Below, one piece after another: positions 63,202 to 64,000 of a stretch of DNA of 64,000 nucleotides. The notes under the pieces were generated by a model. It saw nothing but the letters and a program-made list of their open reading frames with translations. It searched no databases and was not told where the DNA came from. The DNA lies in the NCBI GenBank assembly GCA_040899905.1, contig JBBDZX010000005.1, forward strand, positions 698,199 through 762,198, written 5' to 3'. The stretch comes from Anaerolineales bacterium (GTDB lineage Bacteria > Chloroflexota > Anaerolineae > Anaerolineales > E44-bin32). Position 1 is the stretch's first letter. The number at the start of each line of letters is the position of its first letter. The position numbers were made by a program, and so were the translations under genes.

Positions 63202-63217
63202 TGTGATGGCTTTCACA
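63202..63217. promoter_or_regulatory. Third TGTGA-N6-TCACA palindrome (TGTGA-TGGCTT-TCACA)
   Basis: A variant of the 49547 and 54200 sites, lying upstream of a decayed MFS fragment and of the leader-ORF/phhA region. Confidence 0.3.
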
Positions 63218-63276
63218 TTTCGGGCAGGCAATCTAGCCCTAATGCTCCCACCGCCCGGCCCCACCTCGCGCAAAAT

Positions 63277-63408
63277 TCCCTCCTCATCGGGTTCGGCGAG
63301 ACGATCTCACAAACCGGCTCTGGATTGACCGGCTTCGCCCTGGGCGTGCGTGAATCCCAGACCAACGGGTCGACCACGCTCTTCGCCCTGATCGCCCTTT
63401 CGACGAGT
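63277..63408 (+). pseudogene. Probable N-terminal fragment of a decayed MFS transporter gene
   Basis: SLLIGFGETISQTGSGLTGFALGVRESQTNGSTTLFALIAL resembles the first two helices of EntS-like MFS proteins (W-x-G-Q-x-x-S-x-x-G...FAL.VW....TGS). No continuation is present. Confidence 0.3.
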
Positions 63409-63881
63409 CTACGCATACGGGCCCGTTCGCCAGGGGCTGGTCAGTGAGATTTCGCCCGCCACCTCCTCATCCAACGAGACCTGTATTTTCCCAGACCCAT
63501 ACGACGTAGGCCGCCCGACCACTGCTGCAGCCGCACACGGCCCCCTGGCACCAGACCATCGAAGGAAAGTTTCCAAATTCGACCGGAATCCCACCGAAGT
63601 CATTCGCGCTACGCCAATTCGCCAGGGCGAAGTTCGGTGCGCTGCACGCGACTTGGCCGCGCGCCCAGCTATTTCACCGAGTATCTCCGAGTCCGAGAGG
63701 GTCCCCCGCCGTTGTACCCGTCACTTGCTACGGCAATCCAGGCGATGGCAACAGCCTGGTAAGGATTGTCAGCAGCAAAGTAACTAATCCTCAGTTGACC
63801 TGGGTCTGCCGGTCAGTGTATGATTGCTCCAATTGGTGCAAGCGCATAGATTTCCATAGCTTTTTGGGGTGAACCCACGCC

Positions 63882-64000
63882 TTGCAGAAGCAAGATGACC
63901 GCCTTTCGCTAGCGCGAGCCGCCTCGCGCCTTGGTGTCCATCCTACAACTCTGCGGAGGTGGGCCGACGCCGGTCATCTGCCCGTCTCTGTCACCCCCGG
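63882..64000 (+). CDS. Partial gene: MerR/excisionase-type HTH DNA-binding protein (5' end only)
   Basis: My translation from TTG 63882: (M)QKQDDRLSLARAASRLGVHPTTLRRWADAGHLPVSVTP... The LSxxxAAxxLGVxxxTLxRW pattern is typical of excisionase/MerR-like HTH domains. It runs off the window. Confidence 0.45.
   Translation, partial: MQKQDDRLSLARAASRLGVHPTTLRRWADAGHLPVSVTP

Noticed and set aside
1-64000. Scan for rRNA, tRNA, transposase/integrase genes and inverted-repeat-bounded insertion sequences
   Set aside because: By eye I recognised no T-loop/anticodon-arm architecture, rRNA-like conserved blocks, or DDE/tyrosine-recombinase motifs. A covariance-model scan (tRNAscan-SE/Infernal) would be needed to exclude small RNAs.

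Overview
GC-rich bacterial chromosomal segment. Gene content suggests an environmental monoderm or Chloroflexota-like organism, but that is inference only. All calls come from reading the ORF translations and DNA by eye; no searches or computations were run. The ORF track translates GTG/TTG starts as M and reports the longest ORF, so many true starts are probably internal; I re-picked starts where a Shine-Dalgarno-like motif or a 4-nt stop/start overlap supports it.

Left part (1-37.2 kb): an almost entirely minus-strand, tightly packed envelope-glycan decoration supercluster. It is preceded by an orphan NarL-type response regulator and headed by a NusG paralog. In transcription order it contains:
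- a hexapeptide acyltransferase, a GT2 polyprenyl-phosphate glycosyltransferase, a B12 radical SAM enzyme and an O-antigen-ligase-like/TPR protein
- an alkaline-phosphatase-family enzyme and two SGNH proteins
- a carbamoyltransferase flanked by SxtJ-like and DUF5989-like minigenes
- a sulfotransferase and a GT-C glycosyltransferase
- the most unusual part: two DltA-like adenylating enzymes, two DltC-like carrier proteins, one fused MBOAT(DltB-like)-SGNH(DltD-like) protein, an acyl-CoA-dehydrogenase-like enzyme, two flavin-dependent-halogenase-like enzymes, an acyltransferase-3 protein, a methyltransferase, a GT4 and an Sfp-type PPTase.

Right part (37.2-64 kb):
- a DEDDh exonuclease coupled to a Pol-beta-type nucleotidyltransferase-like protein
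- a DCC-family protein and an FAD oxidoreductase
- a 4-gene sugar ABC importer, a YibE/F protein and an orphan TupA-like binding protein
- a NarL-type two-component system with a stress-protein cluster (CsbD, YggT-like, YtxH, lmo0937-like)
- a frameshifted VOC gene, a LysM/M23 peptidase and a UbiA-fusion prenyltransferase
- a MoaD-like/BNR pair, an MFS transporter, HU, a DUF1801 protein and phenylalanine-4-hydroxylase.

Non-genic structure:
- six heptanucleotide tandem-repeat tracts
- three TGTGA-N6-TCACA palindromes, two of them inside an identical 23-mer
- a pair of ~130-bp direct repeats
- several strong hairpins
- several deletion-derivative gene remnants whose intact or near-intact relatives lie elsewhere in the window.

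I recognised no rRNA, tRNA, CRISPR array, transposase or integrase.
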